This document shows positions 18,745-32,000 of a stretch of DNA of 64,000 nucleotides, piece by piece (the stretch's first letter is position 1; the number at the start of each line of letters is the position of its first letter). The position numbers and the translations under genes are program-made. Source of the stretch: Azolla caroliniana. Its lineage: Eukaryota > Plantae > Polypodiophyta. The notes beneath the pieces are model-generated. The model did not search any database. It was not told the DNA's origin and saw only the letters and a list, made by a program, of their open reading frames with translations. The stretch covers positions 20,212,001 through 20,276,000 of the forward strand of contig JBHGNT010000007.1 in NCBI GenBank assembly GCA_043228905.1, in the 5' to 3' direction.

Positions 18745-21729
18745 TTAAACTGGGCAAAACATTTCAGGGACATTCGAATCCACAATCCCTTTCAATTTTT
18801 TTGCATCCTCTTTCATACCAGAAGCTACAAAAATATTAGCCATCAGTACATATGCAGTGGCAATACAACCACCATGGCTACTACTGACTTGCACCACCTG
18901 ATCAAAGACCAATCTCCCAAGTTCTAAAGTTGCCCATTTTCTACAAGCACCCAATAGTGCAAGCCAAATTGAAGTATTATGAAGAGATGGCATAATATTA
19001 ATCATTGATATTGCCTCATCAAAGTGACCACCATGCCCAAACACCATCACCATGCATGTATGATGCTTTATATCAGGAATGAGGCCATAATTTTCAGTCA
19101 TATTCCAGAAAAGAATACAGGCATCACTCATTAGGCCCGAGTGAGAACACGCACTCAAAACACTTAGCAATGTGACCTTGTCAGGCATGAATCCCTCACT
19201 TTGCATGTGTACAAAACATTTCAATGATTTATGTCCTTGCCCTTGTTGAGCATACCCAGAGATTAGTGTTGACCAAGTGATCACATCGCGAATTGGAAGT
19301 TCTTCTAGCACTTGCTCAGCTTTCATAAACATATCACATTTCAAGTACATTTCCATCAATGTGGTACCGAGCAAAGCATCTTTCTTTAGCAAACCTCTTC
19401 TCACAATCTCGTCATGAATTTCTTCGCCTTTCACTATGGCTCCTATGCTTCCACATGCTTTCAAGGTGCAAATAAATGTGACGATATCTAGACTATGACC
19501 CTCAACTTGCATTTGTTCATAGGAATTCAATGCCTCATGGCCTTGGCCTTGATGGACATACCCTGTGATTAATGCATTCCAAGAGACTACATTCCGAAGA
19601 GGAAGCTCCCAAAACACTTCCTCGGCCTTCTCAAGAAAACCATATTTGGCATACATATCCACCAATGCAGTGCCGAGTACAATATCCTTGTCAAGCAAGC
19701 CCATACAAATAATTTTGCTGTGAACTTGTTTCCCTTTGTTAATAGTGCATTCGCTATTACCACAGGCCCTCAAGATGCAAATGAATGTAAAATCATCTGG
19801 CAGAAGGCCTTCTGATTGTATTCGGTCAAGACAGTCTAGTGCTTGATGACCTTGTCCTTGATTGGCATATCCTTCAATCAATGCATTCCATGATATTATA
19901 TCTCTATCAAGAAGCTCTTCTAGCAATTGCTTTGCATTCACAAGCACACCACATTTTGCATACATATCTATCAAAGCATTGGCAAGAGAAATATCGTCAT
20001 TCAACAAGCCCCTTCTCACAACCTCCTTATGTATATATTTTCCCTTTTCTATAGCTCCTGTCTTGCCACATGCATGCAAGATGCAAATGAAAGTGATGGA
20101 ATTTGGAGAGAGCCCCTCTCTTTGCATTCTTTCAAAGCAATCCATTGCTTCATGATCTTGCCCTTGTTGAGCATATCCAGCAATAATCGCGGACCAAGTC
20201 ACTACATCTCTGAGAGAAAGGTCTTCAAGCACTTGGTGTGCTTTTTCAAGAACACCACATTTCACATACATATCCACTACAGCACTGCCAACTATAGTAT
20301 CATTCTCTACTAAAAAGCCCCTACTCAAAACCTCAACATGAAGGTATTTTCCCTTCTCTATAGCTTTTGTGCTACCACATGCCTTGAAGGTAGAAATAAA
20401 TGTGGGTGCATCTGGAGATAAGCCCTCATTTCGCATGCATTCAAAACACTTCAAAGCTTCATAATCTAAACCTTGGTGGACATAACCAGAAATTAATGCA
20501 TTCCAAGAGACCACATTTGGGATTGGAAGCTCTTCTAGCCCTTTATGTGCTTTTTCAAATTCACCACATTTGGCATACATATCAATCAAAGCATTTCCTA
20601 TTACTATATCCTTCTCGAGCAACCTCAAACTCAATACCTTTTCATGGATTTCTTGGCCTTTTTCTATAGCCCCAGACTTTGCACAAGCATTCAAAATGCA
20701 AATGTAAGTGATTCGATCCGGAGAGAGGCCTTCTCTTTTCATACTTTCATAGCAAATCATTGCTTCATGGTATTGGCCTTGTTGCACATATTTGGAAATT
20801 ATCACATTCCAAGAGATTTTGTCCCGGAAAGGAAGGTCTTCAAGTAGATCCCTTGCTTTAGCAAGCATACCACATTTAGCATACATATTCACTAAAGCAT
20901 TGCCTACTGTAATATCCTTATACAAAATACCCCTATTCACTATCTCCTCATAAATCTCTTCACCTTTCTCTATACATCCTATGTTTCCACAAGATTTCAA
21001 TATGCAAATGAATGTGACTTCATTAGGGGAGAGGCCCTCCTTTTGCATTCTCTCGAAACAGTTCATAGCTTGATGATCGAGGCCTTGATGAACATACCCC
21101 GTGATGAGCGCATTCCAAGTGACAACATTCCGGAAACAAAGTCCTTCTAGAACCTTTTCTGCTTCGTCAACCACACCACATTTCACATACATACCTACCA
21201 ATGATGTCCCAACCATAACAACATCTTCCTTCTTGTTCATAATACAAGTATTTAAAGTAGGCGCATCCGAAGTACGTGCATCCAGAATACATGTATTCAA
21301 AATACTTTCATGAATTTGTTTACCTTTTTCCAGAGTTCGTATGCTACCACAAGCTTTCAATATGCATACGAAAGTGATCACATTTGGAGATATACCTTCA
21401 CATTGCATTCTTTGGTAACAATCCAAAGCTTCGAAACCTTGTTGAGAATTTTGGGCATATCCCGAAATAAGAGCATTCCAAATAACCACATCTCTCACGA
21501 GAAGATCTTCAAGAACTTTGTGAGCTTTTGAAACCACAGCACATTTGGCATACATGTAGATCAAAGTAGAAGCCAAATAAAGATTCGATCCTTCCATTAG
21601 CAACCCTTTCTTCACTATAGTCATATGCAATTTAGTACCTCTCTCAATGTCTTTTTTCTTGGCACAAGCCTTGAGTAAGGCCACAAAGGTAAGATTTTCC
21701 TCTTCCAGTTTAATGTTTTTGTGGAACAT
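18745..21729 (-). CDS. PLS-class pentatricopeptide repeat protein with E domain, no DYW (putative organellar RNA-editing specificity factor), 994 aa, intronless
   Basis: Repeated P-L-S triplets (VSWNALISGY...; TFICILKAC...; VGNALIDMYAKCG), then the P2L2S2 segment CSHSGL...HHTCMV and an E-type ending SIWLALLGACRKW...AYVLMANIF. No HxE..CxxC/DYW motif. Confidence 0.92.
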   Translation of the reverse strand: MFHKNIKLEEENLTFVALLKACAKKKDIERGTKLHMTIVKKGLLMEGSNLYLASTLIYMYAKCAVVSKAHKVLEDLLVRDVVIWNALISGYAQNSQQGFEALDCYQRMQCEGISPNVITFVCILKACGSIRTLEKGKQIHESILNTCILDARTSDAPTLNTCIMNKKEDVVMVGTSLVGMYVKCGVVDEAEKVLEGLCFRNVVTWNALITGYVHQGLDHQAMNCFERMQKEGLSPNEVTFICILKSCGNIGCIEKGEEIYEEIVNRGILYKDITVGNALVNMYAKCGMLAKARDLLEDLPFRDKISWNVIISKYVQQGQYHEAMICYESMKREGLSPDRITYICILNACAKSGAIEKGQEIHEKVLSLRLLEKDIVIGNALIDMYAKCGEFEKAHKGLEELPIPNVVSWNALISGYVHQGLDYEALKCFECMRNEGLSPDAPTFISTFKACGSTKAIEKGKYLHVEVLSRGFLVENDTIVGSAVVDMYVKCGVLEKAHQVLEDLSLRDVVTWSAIIAGYAQQGQDHEAMDCFERMQREGLSPNSITFICILHACGKTGAIEKGKYIHKEVVRRGLLNDDISLANALIDMYAKCGVLVNAKQLLEELLDRDIISWNALIEGYANQGQGHQALDCLDRIQSEGLLPDDFTFICILRACGNSECTINKGKQVHSKIICMGLLDKDIVLGTALVDMYAKYGFLEKAEEVFWELPLRNVVSWNALITGYVHQGQGHEALNSYEQMQVEGHSLDIVTFICTLKACGSIGAIVKGEEIHDEIVRRGLLKKDALLGTTLMEMYLKCDMFMKAEQVLEELPIRDVITWSTLISGYAQQGQGHKSLKCFVHMQSEGFMPDKVTLLSVLSACSHSGLMSDACILFWNMTENYGLIPDIKHHTCMVMVFGHGGHFDEAISMINIMPSLHNTSIWLALLGACRKWATLELGRLVFDQVVQVSSSHGGCIATAYVLMANIFVASGMKEDAKKLKGIVDSNVPEMFCPV

Positions 21730-22066
21730 ATTGGTAGTATTACAAGAGTGGCTGCTCCTCCTCCACCTCCTCTCCTTCTCCTTCTTTTTCTTATTCTTCT
21801 TCTTAGAGACCCAGAGATATCATCACCCATTGACTTTGACATAAGGATTAGTCGTCCTCTCTCTGTGTATGTTTAATCTGCGCTCCCGTGTATGAATTTC
21901 CTAGAATGACAAAATGGGTTGCTCTGTTTCCTCTCCATTGATAAAGTATTGTTAAGACTGAGGGGGGTATTGGCCTGTAAATTTAAAAGAATGAGAGGGG
22001 TATCCTGTAATTTCTAAAAGTAATCATTCATTCATTGGTGTTTTTTTCATGCATATATATATAATA

Positions 22067-22582
22067 GGAAAAGTACCAGGATACCCCTGGAAGTTCGTCT
22101 ATTTACCAGAATGCCCCTGGAAATTCCAAATTTACCAAACTACCCCTATGTCCAAAAAAATACACTTTATAAAGTAATTATACACTCAAATCTACAAGCC
22201 CTATTTACCAGAATACCCTTAAACCTAAACTTACTTACCATAATGCCACTATATATCTATTTTAACCAATTTATACCACTTTTATTTTTCAAAATACATC
22301 ATAAATCAAACTAAATTATCAAAAATTTCAATTGAAAGGTCACCATAAAATCCAATTCTATGAATTTACACCAAGTTATACTGGCATAATCCCATAAACC
22401 CAAAATTTGTGATTGAAGTGACCAAAATTAAATCTTAAAACCAAAACATTTGATCGCACACCAAATTTTACCATTGGGATGCCATTTTGAAGCCAACTTC
22501 CATGAATTTGCGGTAAATTTGGAACTTCCAGGGGCATTCTGGTAAATAGACGAACTTCTAGGGGTATCCTGGTACTTTTCCC
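22067..22582. mobile_element. Mutator-like (MULE) MITE, 516 bp
   Basis: About 70-bp TIRs GGAAAAGTACCAGGATACCCCT...CCAAATTTACC. Perfect 9-bp TSD TATATAATA at 22058-22066 and 22583-22591. AT-rich non-coding interior. Confidence 0.92.
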
Positions 22583-23359
22583 TATATAATATGACTTCAA
22601 GAGTCACTTAATCCATGGCTTTATTCACATACTACTTACTAAACTACTTAGTTTAATCCATACATTTATATCATATCTAAAAAATTGCAACAATTGGGCA
22701 CTTCCTACACTCGTGGGTCTGGCAATTCCCATTGAGATCCCATCAGTTCCTAAGGGCACTTTAGTGGATTAGTGTAAGACAACTTGCTATGCATTACATG
22801 TTACTTGTATAGGCTCAAACAAGCCCCATAGTACTTATTTCTTGGCCTCGGGCCACTAGTCATTTTCAACCCCTCATCGAATGCGGTGTGATGGGGCCTC
22901 CGCTAAAGTTCCATGAGGAGTTTAAGTGAACGCATAAGCTTTGAGATAAAAAAGTGTCTACTGTTTGAATCGAAGGGATTCTTAAAGCTTGAGGTCCGAG
23001 CATACCCACTTTTGGACTTTGACCTAAAGTTCTAACTGTGACCAACATTGAGTAGATAAACAAAGGTCCACTAGCCCCACCTTGAAAAAAATTTAGATAA
23101 TTGAGTCTTTAATCTCGTTAAGTTTAAGGTAAATATATGCACACATGTATCAATATATGTTGCTTGTCTACATGTTTATATTGGGGGAGTTATGCATGTA
23201 TGTAGGTATGTTGTATCTTGTGCGTGTTTGTATTGCAAGGAGTTACACCTACATTGTATGCAGTTCTAGGAGAATGGTATGATCCAAGCCTTCATGGCAT
23301 GGTGGTTGGGATCCATAGAAGAGGAAGAACAAAGGAACTTACTTGGATGTCCACAAGGG

Positions 23360-23530
23360 GTGTGTCGAGTGTGTGTGTGTGTGTGTATTTGTGTATGTGT
23401 TGGAGAGGAGTTAGTCACGCATGCATTTATGTATATATGTATGTTGCTTTGTGTGTGTTAGTATATGGAGAGTTACGTACGTACGTACGTACGCATGTAT
23501 GTATGTATGTATGTATGTATGTATGAATGT
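23360..23530. repeat. (GT)n, (TACG)n and (TATG)n microsatellites
   Basis: Direct reading. Confidence 0.85.
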
Positions 23531-24511
23531 ATCAAACTTATTGTGTAGAGAGAAAAAGAATATGTCATGCTTGAATACATCCAATCACTTGTCTCTTTAC
23601 TCCAGACAACCATGGAAGGCTTGATGGCTTCTTAAGGTTAACTAGAGTTAATACACATCTAATCATTACAATAATTTAGAATATGGGTTTCTCAATTAAA
23701 TAGATTGCTAGATTTGAAATATGGATGTCTTAATTAATTAGAGTGGAAAAGAAATATAGAGGAAAATGGTTGCTCATGGTGGAGATAGTCGAGAGAGGAT
23801 GATGAGTCACGACCATAAGGTAACTCCAAGGTTTGATCATTATGAGTCTTTTTACTACTAGAGCTCTTGCCCTTTTATACATGCCGGAAACCCTGGAGGC
23901 TTCTTTTCACATGACAAACACATTGTGTATTGCCATTGTCACCCAATAAAGGGTATTGAGTAACCTCCCAAACGTCCAATATATAGCCATTTCCCCTTAT
24001 GTCATTGCTTAATTTATAGGTACTATAAATTGATTAACTCATAAGTGCTCTTATATGTGTATGATTGCCATGTTGGGGTTGAGGCCATCATCATCATCAT
24101 CATCATCATCATGTAATGAGTGTAGATTTCCCCGCCGGTTTTATTATTATTATAGTTTCAACATGACATTCTATTGATGCATGCAAATATATAGCACAAA
24201 GCTTTCCTTTCTCTTAGAGACCGATGCAAACTTTCGCTCTTCAGAAGTGGGTAGAGTACTTTAGAAAACAAGCAGAAGTTGCCTACAAAAAAGTCTCACA
24301 TTTTGTACCATATTCGTTCATAACAAATCAAGTGTCTAATGGAGCCACAAGAACCAATCTTCCATGGTCCCTTCTTTAGCCACGAAACTGTAAACATTAG
24401 CAACCCCAAACGTTGTCAAGCTATCTTGCTCAATGTCTAGCTAGCTTGTTGTGTTGGTCATGATTCTCAATCCCATGGCTATATATAATTAACAATCAGC
24501 AATGGTTCTAT

Positions 24512-25167
24512 TAGAGAGTGTCAAACCCAAATCAAACCACAAAACAATGTAAACCAAAATCATTTAAACGGAACCATTACAAAAAATTCAAGATCAAACC
24601 TAAGGGTTTTAGAGACTTTCAAACCTTTAAACCGTTAAAACCATAGTTTTGCGGTTCGGTTTTGCTTTTCACGTTAGGTCAAATTTCAAAATATCACATT
24701 TTAATTTAAAAAATTTAAAAAATTTCAACAAAATTAGGCTTAAAATGTTCAAAAAATATTTAAAAAAATTATCAAGTGCCAATAATAAACCATCAGATAG
24801 TTTAAACCAAAAACTGTTAAACCAATAAAGGTTCGAACCGAACCAGTAAACCCCAAAATTGGACTGAACCGAAGCCAAACCATTTACAAAAACCTAAACT
24901 TAAACCGAACCGAGTCAAAATGTTTAAACCATTATGCCATTATGCCGTTAAGCCATCAAATAGTTTAAACCGAAAACTGTTAAATTGATAAAGGTTCGAA
25001 CTGAACCAGTAAACCCACAAATTGGACTGAACCAAAGCCAAACCATTTACAAAAACCTAAACTTAAACAGAACCGAAATCGAACTGTTTAAACCATTATG
25101 CCATTATACTGTTAAGCCGTGGTTTCGTGGTTAGGTTTGGTTCAAACCGAACCGTTGCCGATTGCTA
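24512..25167. mobile_element. Degenerate hAT-like MITE rich in AACCGAACC motifs, with an internal 163-bp tandem duplication
   Basis: Ends resemble TAGNGNTG(T/G)CAA...TTGCCNNTNNCTA. Many AACCGAAC subterminal motifs. Duplicated unit at 24790 and 24953, running to 25118. No clean TSD seen. Confidence 0.55.
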
Positions 25168-25486
25168 CATATAACCACAGCCATTCTCTTAGTGGTAGGT
25201 CCTCTGCCTTGGGGGTGGTCCAATACTGTTATTGTCCGTCCTCAGCTGCCCTCTGCCCAGTGGCCTAACCAGTTACTCTTATTTAATGAGAACCTTTGTG
25301 CTTGCTTATGCATACACTGCACCACTGTTTGTGTATGCATCTGTTTGGAGAAGCTTTCTTTGAGATTTCATTCCTGATTCATCTATGTTGGGCTCCTGCA
25401 GACTAAGGCTACACCATGGAAAGTATTTATATGGGAGGTGAATTGAGAGGAGATGGAGGTTGAAGAAGAAGAATAGCTCTTTAGAC

Positions 25487-27135
25487 ATGGGATCCTTGTT
25501 GTGGAAGGAGTATTTCAGAAACCCACCTCAGAAATGGTGTAAAAATCAGAATAACCAGGTAAAGAACTACTTCTCACAAATTCAATTTTTGCTCTCCTTT
25601 TTTGGGTTCCACCTCCAAAGTTTTGATGGCCAAAGGTTTTCAAACAGTCGTTAGGGGTTGTTCGGTACTCGGATAATCTGCAATGGGTCCTAGAAGAGCT
25701 GAAAAGAAGACGCCTAGAAGATGTAGATTTGGATGATGGAAGAAATAAAATTCAAGGTAAGGTAGAGGAGGAAGACCCTCTCAAGGTTGTAGCTTTGCTC
25801 AAGGCTTGTGGCAAACAAAAGGATTTGGGCAGAGGTACCCAAATACATGCCTTTATCATTGAGAAAGGGCTACTTCAATCTAATGTATATGTTGGGAACT
25901 CATTGGTTAGTATGTATGCAAAATGTGGGGCAATGAAGAAAGCTCAAGAGGTATTTCACATGCTCCCTAGTCAGGATGTTGTTTCTTGGAACTCATTGAT
26001 TTCTGGATATGCCCGTCAAGGGAGACATGCCGAGGAAGCATTGGAAGCTTATAAAAGAATGCAAATGGATGGGATATCACCTGATGAGGCCACCTTTATT
26101 TGTGTTTTGAAAGCTTGTGCCAATGCTAAAGCTCTTAAGAAAGGGAAAGAAATACATGATGATATTATTAGGGAGGGTTGGTTAGAGAAACATATCTCAG
26201 TCGGAACTTCACTCGTTGACATGTATGCCAAATGTGGTGCATTATCAAGGGCTCGTGAGGCTTTCAATGGGCTTCCTTTTCGGGATGCGATCTCTTGGAA
26301 TGCATTAATTGCCGGATACGCACAACATGGCCATGGTGAAGAAGCATTGAAATGTTACCAAGAGATGCAATGCCAAGGATTCTCTCCAACCCCGACCACT
26401 TTTGTTTGCACATTAAAAGCTTGTGGCAACATGGGATCCATGGATGTAGGTTGTGAAATACATTCTGAACTCATTAAAGAAGGTCTGCTGAAAATCAATA
26501 TATTGGTTGGTACCACTTTGGTTGATATGTATGCTAAATGTGGTGCTCTTGCCAAAGCGCAAGAAGTGTTTGATGATCTTGTCTCTCGGGATTTAGTTGC
26601 ATGGAATGCACTTCTTGCTGGTTATGCTCAACTCGGGCAATGTGAAGTTGTATTTGATTCATTGAACAAAATGATTGGAGAAGGTTCAAGTCCAGATGGC
26701 TTCACATTCACTATTTTGCTAAATACATGCAGTCATTCAGGTCTTCTAGAAGGGGGCCAAATGTATTTTGAGTATATGGAACCTTACTATGGGGTTATTC
26801 CAACTTTAGAGCACTATACCTGCATAGTTGATCTCTTCTGTCGAGCAGGCTGCTTTGAAAAATCCATTGCTGTCATAATAGATATGCCATATTATGCCGA
26901 TTTGACAGTTTGGCTTACTCTATTGGGTGCTTGTAAAAAATGGGGAAATGTGAATCTTGGGGTATCAACATTTGAAAAAGCAGTTAAATTGGATGAGAAG
27001 GATGCATCAGCTTATCTTCTTATGAGCTCTATTTATAAAGGTGCTGGCATGCATGAGCATGCAAGGAACATCGAAACCATGAGAGTGGAAAAAGAAGCAT
27101 GGAAGATGGTTAAGCATTGTTCATGGGATGTATAA
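25487..27135 (+). CDS. PLS-class PPR protein with E domain, no DYW, about 519 aa; predicted exons 25487-25558 and 25648-27135
   Basis: PLS repeats (DVVSWNSLISGY, EATFICVLKAC, VGTSLVDMYAKCG) and E ending VWLTLLGACKKW...AYLLMSSIY...CSW. The tracked ORF has no ATG before the repeats. ATG 25487 plus the phase-0 intron CAG|GTAAAG...AAACAG|TCG (25559-25647) restores the frame. Confidence 0.88.
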
Positions 27136-29052
27136 TTGGTTATGTCAGTTTAGAATTCTTAAGCAGACATTGGCCAGAACCTAATAGTGTATAGTTAAAA
27201 AAGGTGGTAAGGGGATGGTGTTATTGTGGGCCAATGTTTATAAGTACTATTCTGGAATAAATTAAACCATAATTATGGAATACGGTTTGAGTGGACATTA
27301 AACTTTGATTTGTAGGATCAAACTTTAGTGCAGACAACTAACTAAAGATAGAGGTCTCTTCACGAAGACAATTTCCAAGGCCAAACTTTGTGACAGCTAA
27401 CAAATGCACTCCCTCCCTCCATAATGATATACCTGATATTTGGTACAATTGTCTATCCCATTGATCTTTCACAAAGCATTATTTTGGTACATTACTTTTG
27501 TGATGTATGACATAGGTGCATTTATATCGAATACTGTAACTTGTACAATTCCTTGTACATGATACTCATCAACAATGATATATGCCAGATACCTATAACA
27601 GCTTCCTAACAACCAAGGACAGGGTGTTTCATAAACACCATTTTGATGGATTTCTTTGATGATAAGCCTAGGTGTATCAATATCCAACATATATTTGCTA
27701 TCCCATTGCTTTTACATGGTGTGAATGGTTTCTCACAAGCACTATTTTGCTAATGTGAGTTGTGCTTAAATGTATCAAATATTGAACATTATCTCGCAAT
27801 TCCAATGCTTGCAAGTGCACCAAATTATTTGTGCTGTCATCTTTAGTGACATGCAATACCTGGTACAGTTTGCCAACCAAGAAGTTCTCAAACACTATTT
27901 TAGAAAATTACTTGGGTGATTTGTGACTTGCCAGCCAAGAAGTTTTCAACAAACACTTTTAAGTAAATTACGTGGGTGATTTGTGCCATCAATGTACCCA
28001 GATATCTCACACACTCAAGATCCCACTGCTAACTAACAGTTCATAGGAGCAGTTCTCACTAATGAATGAGGGTTTTGATCCATTAGTATAGCACAAATAG
28101 TAGACATTATTCAGCCTTTTGAGATTTGCTGTGAGAATCATCTGAATTAATTTCCTACAGGAATTAATGCCTGAAGCCTAGTTTGAAACAAATTAGAACA
28201 CAGCTCAGCACTCAGCTTGACACTAGATTCAAATTCACAGTTGCACAAATGCCAACAAAGTAATAAATGAACTTGTAAGGAACAAAAGTAAATTAGATTA
28301 TTTTCAAAACTTGTTAAAATTTGTGTGGTCATAAGTCAAGGATCCCAATCACATGGAACATACTAGCATGCTAGTCATAACTGGTCAACATAAGCTTAAA
28401 CACATTCTCAGGAACCTATCCACACTCATGCATGGACCCAAAAACCATCTACGTTTATGAGCATAGTTGAAACTTGAGATACCCATCTACGTCATATTTA
28501 CAGGCTTGCGATGTGCATATGTATTCATGTACATACTTGAGAAACCCAATGCACAAAAAAAGGAACTAACCCAGACATACTTGTTGCAACACCTAGACCT
28601 CAAGCTGCAAAGCTATGTATACATTCATGCCACTACAAGAGAACCAACACATAATAGATGAGATCGAAACCATGCTATTTGTAAAAGCCCTATAAGTTTG
28701 AAGGATAGTATAGACAGATATTTGAAGCAAAACAATTCTAAAATAAATGAGACCATTTGATGTTATATCTGTTTTAAAAAAGATACAAAAGAAATGAATG
28801 ACACAAGTACATTCAATTCCTTCAATAATAATAAAAACCTTTCACAAGCATAAATGAGATGGGCTTTGTAGAGAAACACACACTACAAAAATAGGCAGCT
28901 CTTGCTGCCACTTTCGGAATTTACTAACTAAAACTCACTGCAAATTACATAGAAAGAAAGAAAAAGAAAAATCCTAAATCTGTTACATGGACATCCTAAC
29001 CTATGTCAGGGTGAAAACAATGAATTAGTTAGCTTCTATAGCGCTTGTTAGT

Positions 29053-32000
29053 TCATGGTTCACCTTGAAATGCACGGCCTTGTGGTTCCCCTTGAAATCC
29101 GCGGCCTTGGCCTTGCCCACGTCCACGACCCCTTCCTCTTCCACGGCCACGGCCTGTTACCATCCTCCAGAAGTCAAAACATAGATACACCAAAATGATT
29201 GATATGAAAATCTCATATGATATAATGACATTGAAACTAACCTGTTGTTTTTTTAATGATATTGACATTGATGTCATGCCTATGCATACAGGTATAAATT
29301 TACATGTGTACATGCAAGTTACATATACATACATGTATATATAATATGTTGTATAAATGTACTCTATAGACAGATGTGTCATATCAATAATAGACATGTC
29401 AAATATATCCACACTAATGCAAACTATTAACATGTATGATATATCAACATTGATGTAACCAATAAATATCACACATGCACATGCAATATAACACGAAATA
29501 ATTCACCTCGGACACAGAAAAACTACATGTGTATAATATAATGACATTAAAACTAACCTGTTGTTTTTTAATGCTATTGACATTGATGTCATGCGTATGT
29601 ATGTAGGTATAAATTTTCATGTGTACATGCAAGTTACATATACATACATGTATATATAATATGTTATATAAATGTACCCTGTAGACAGATGTGACAAATC
29701 AATAGTTGTGCCAAATATATCCACACTAATGCAAACTACAAACATGTATGATATATCAACATTGATGCAACCAATATATATAACACACATGCACATGCAA
29801 TATAACACATAATAATTCACCTCGACCACGGAAAAAACCATCAGGAGGAGGTGCCAGATTTGCATCATCATATCCACCACCACCATCTTGTGTTGTATCT
29901 GCTCCACCACCAAATCCTCGGCCACGCCCTCTTAATCCATACCCCCTTCCTCGACCTCGACCCCGGCCACGATTGTTGTAGCCACCATCAAAACCACCAT
30001 ATTCTTCACTAGCATCATATCCACCACCTAGAAACATAATATCGTCAGCATATGCATGATGAATATAATGCAGACATTTTTTTGACTGCTTTTCAATTAT
30101 GCAATTTACCCCTGCCTCTTCCCCTTCCACGTCCTCTACCACGTCCTCGACCACGCCCACGAGCACCTTCGGGTGAACCAGCTTCTGTAGCAATCATAGT
30201 CATAGTTAAAAAATAGAATTTTCCTTCATGCTCTAGTTTGAGGGATTGATAACCTTCATAAGTTCACATCCCAATAAATTACCATCTTTTCAGCATTAAT
30301 AAAAAAAAAAAGCAAAATGTTTCAAGTATTTTTATCATATAAGATGAGCACCATATGGCATTTGCAGGTTGGGGTAAAACCCATATTTAAAGCTATGTGG
30401 AGGTTTTGAACTACATTGCATTGAATTATTAAATTAGATGGTTCTCAAAGCTTACAATATTCACTATGCGCAAAATCCAAATTATACACCATATAAACAT
30501 GAGAAGCACATACCACCACCTTCCTCGTCAAAGTCTGCCAAAGGCTTCACAAGCTCTGCAGGAAGAGGTGGTTGGTAACTGCAACCAAAAAGTTGCTCAA
30601 TGTCAAATATTCCCAAAAATGTATTCATTTAATAATCCATGAAATAAAAAAACAATAAAAATGTGTGAAAAGATAGATACCCAGCAGCCGTGGTATCTAA
30701 TTCTTTGACTGAGAGAACTATTGAGATCATTGAAACATGGCGGGTTTGTTCTAACCTGTATTGTATCATGGATTATGCTCAAACTTTCAAGAACTCAAAT
30801 AGATTTGAACTATAATTTTGCATACTTCCAATTTTCTATACTTACGGAAGAAGTCCTTCCTCAAGAGGCTCCCAAACATCAATAATATCAGTAGATCCAA
30901 TGGTTGTGATTTGGTGAAGACCCACAACCCTTCTCTGAAGAAACACGATTCCACATAAATACAATCATCAGAGAAGAACTCAAAACAGAACCAAACTCAC
31001 TGCATCACGTTCATCGCCAGAGGCAAAACAAAAAAAGTGGGTTGAAAATGGAAATGTTTTGAGTCATTTCATATTAAAAAAATTGCATTTTACTTCCAAC
31101 AAACATTTCAAATTATTTTCCAGTTTATTTTCCTGTCACCTGCTTTTCTCTAAATCCTACGACCATCAGGTACAAACTACATTTCGAGAGAACTATATAA
31201 AACTTCTGAGATTTCAGAGATTGCAACATCAAAATATACTTGAGTATTATTATTGCAAACTCCAGATTTTTTAAGAAGGATGTCCAAAATTAATCATACA
31301 TGCCTAAGTGATACCATACATAGATATAATATATAAAATAAAAAGCTTTATAAGTTTTCAGGAAATATAACAAAGTTCCCCTAAATTTCACAGATTTCTC
31401 AAAATATTAATCATCTTTTAGAAATGTCCCTCTGTTTCGAAAGTTCTCGAATAACTCTTCCCTGTAGTATGACCGTTTCCTTATATTTATGAAACAAAAC
31501 AGCTTTCAAAGACAAATGCGCTTCTTCTGACGCTCATATTCATACATGTGATAGATAAGAGAGGTTTTGGAATATACCTTCACAATCTCTGCAATGTTCA
31601 CGGTCTTGTTGATTGCACGGCCCATAGCCTTAAAAACAATGTCCGGTGTTCCTTTGTCCTGGAGAGAAAAAGAACACCCAGATTGAATAGCAAAACTTTG
31701 GTGGAGGGCAACAAGAAATCCAAATTGACATGTAGCAAAAATTAACTCCACAAAAAGTGAACCAAGTCTCTTGTTTACTACAACTTCAGTCAGGTTGTAA
31801 GAACTTATATCAATTTGGAAAATTTATAGAGAGAACAACCAAACATTGAGGAATTCCAGCTAAATTTATATAAATTCGTAGTATTTTTCCCATGATTTCC
31901 TTTTGTTTCAAGCATGAAAAGAAGACTGCCAGGCAGTAAGGCAGAGAGATATTTTTAGCTTTTTTGGGGGGTGAAACAGAGAAGAGGAACTCTTCTTCAG

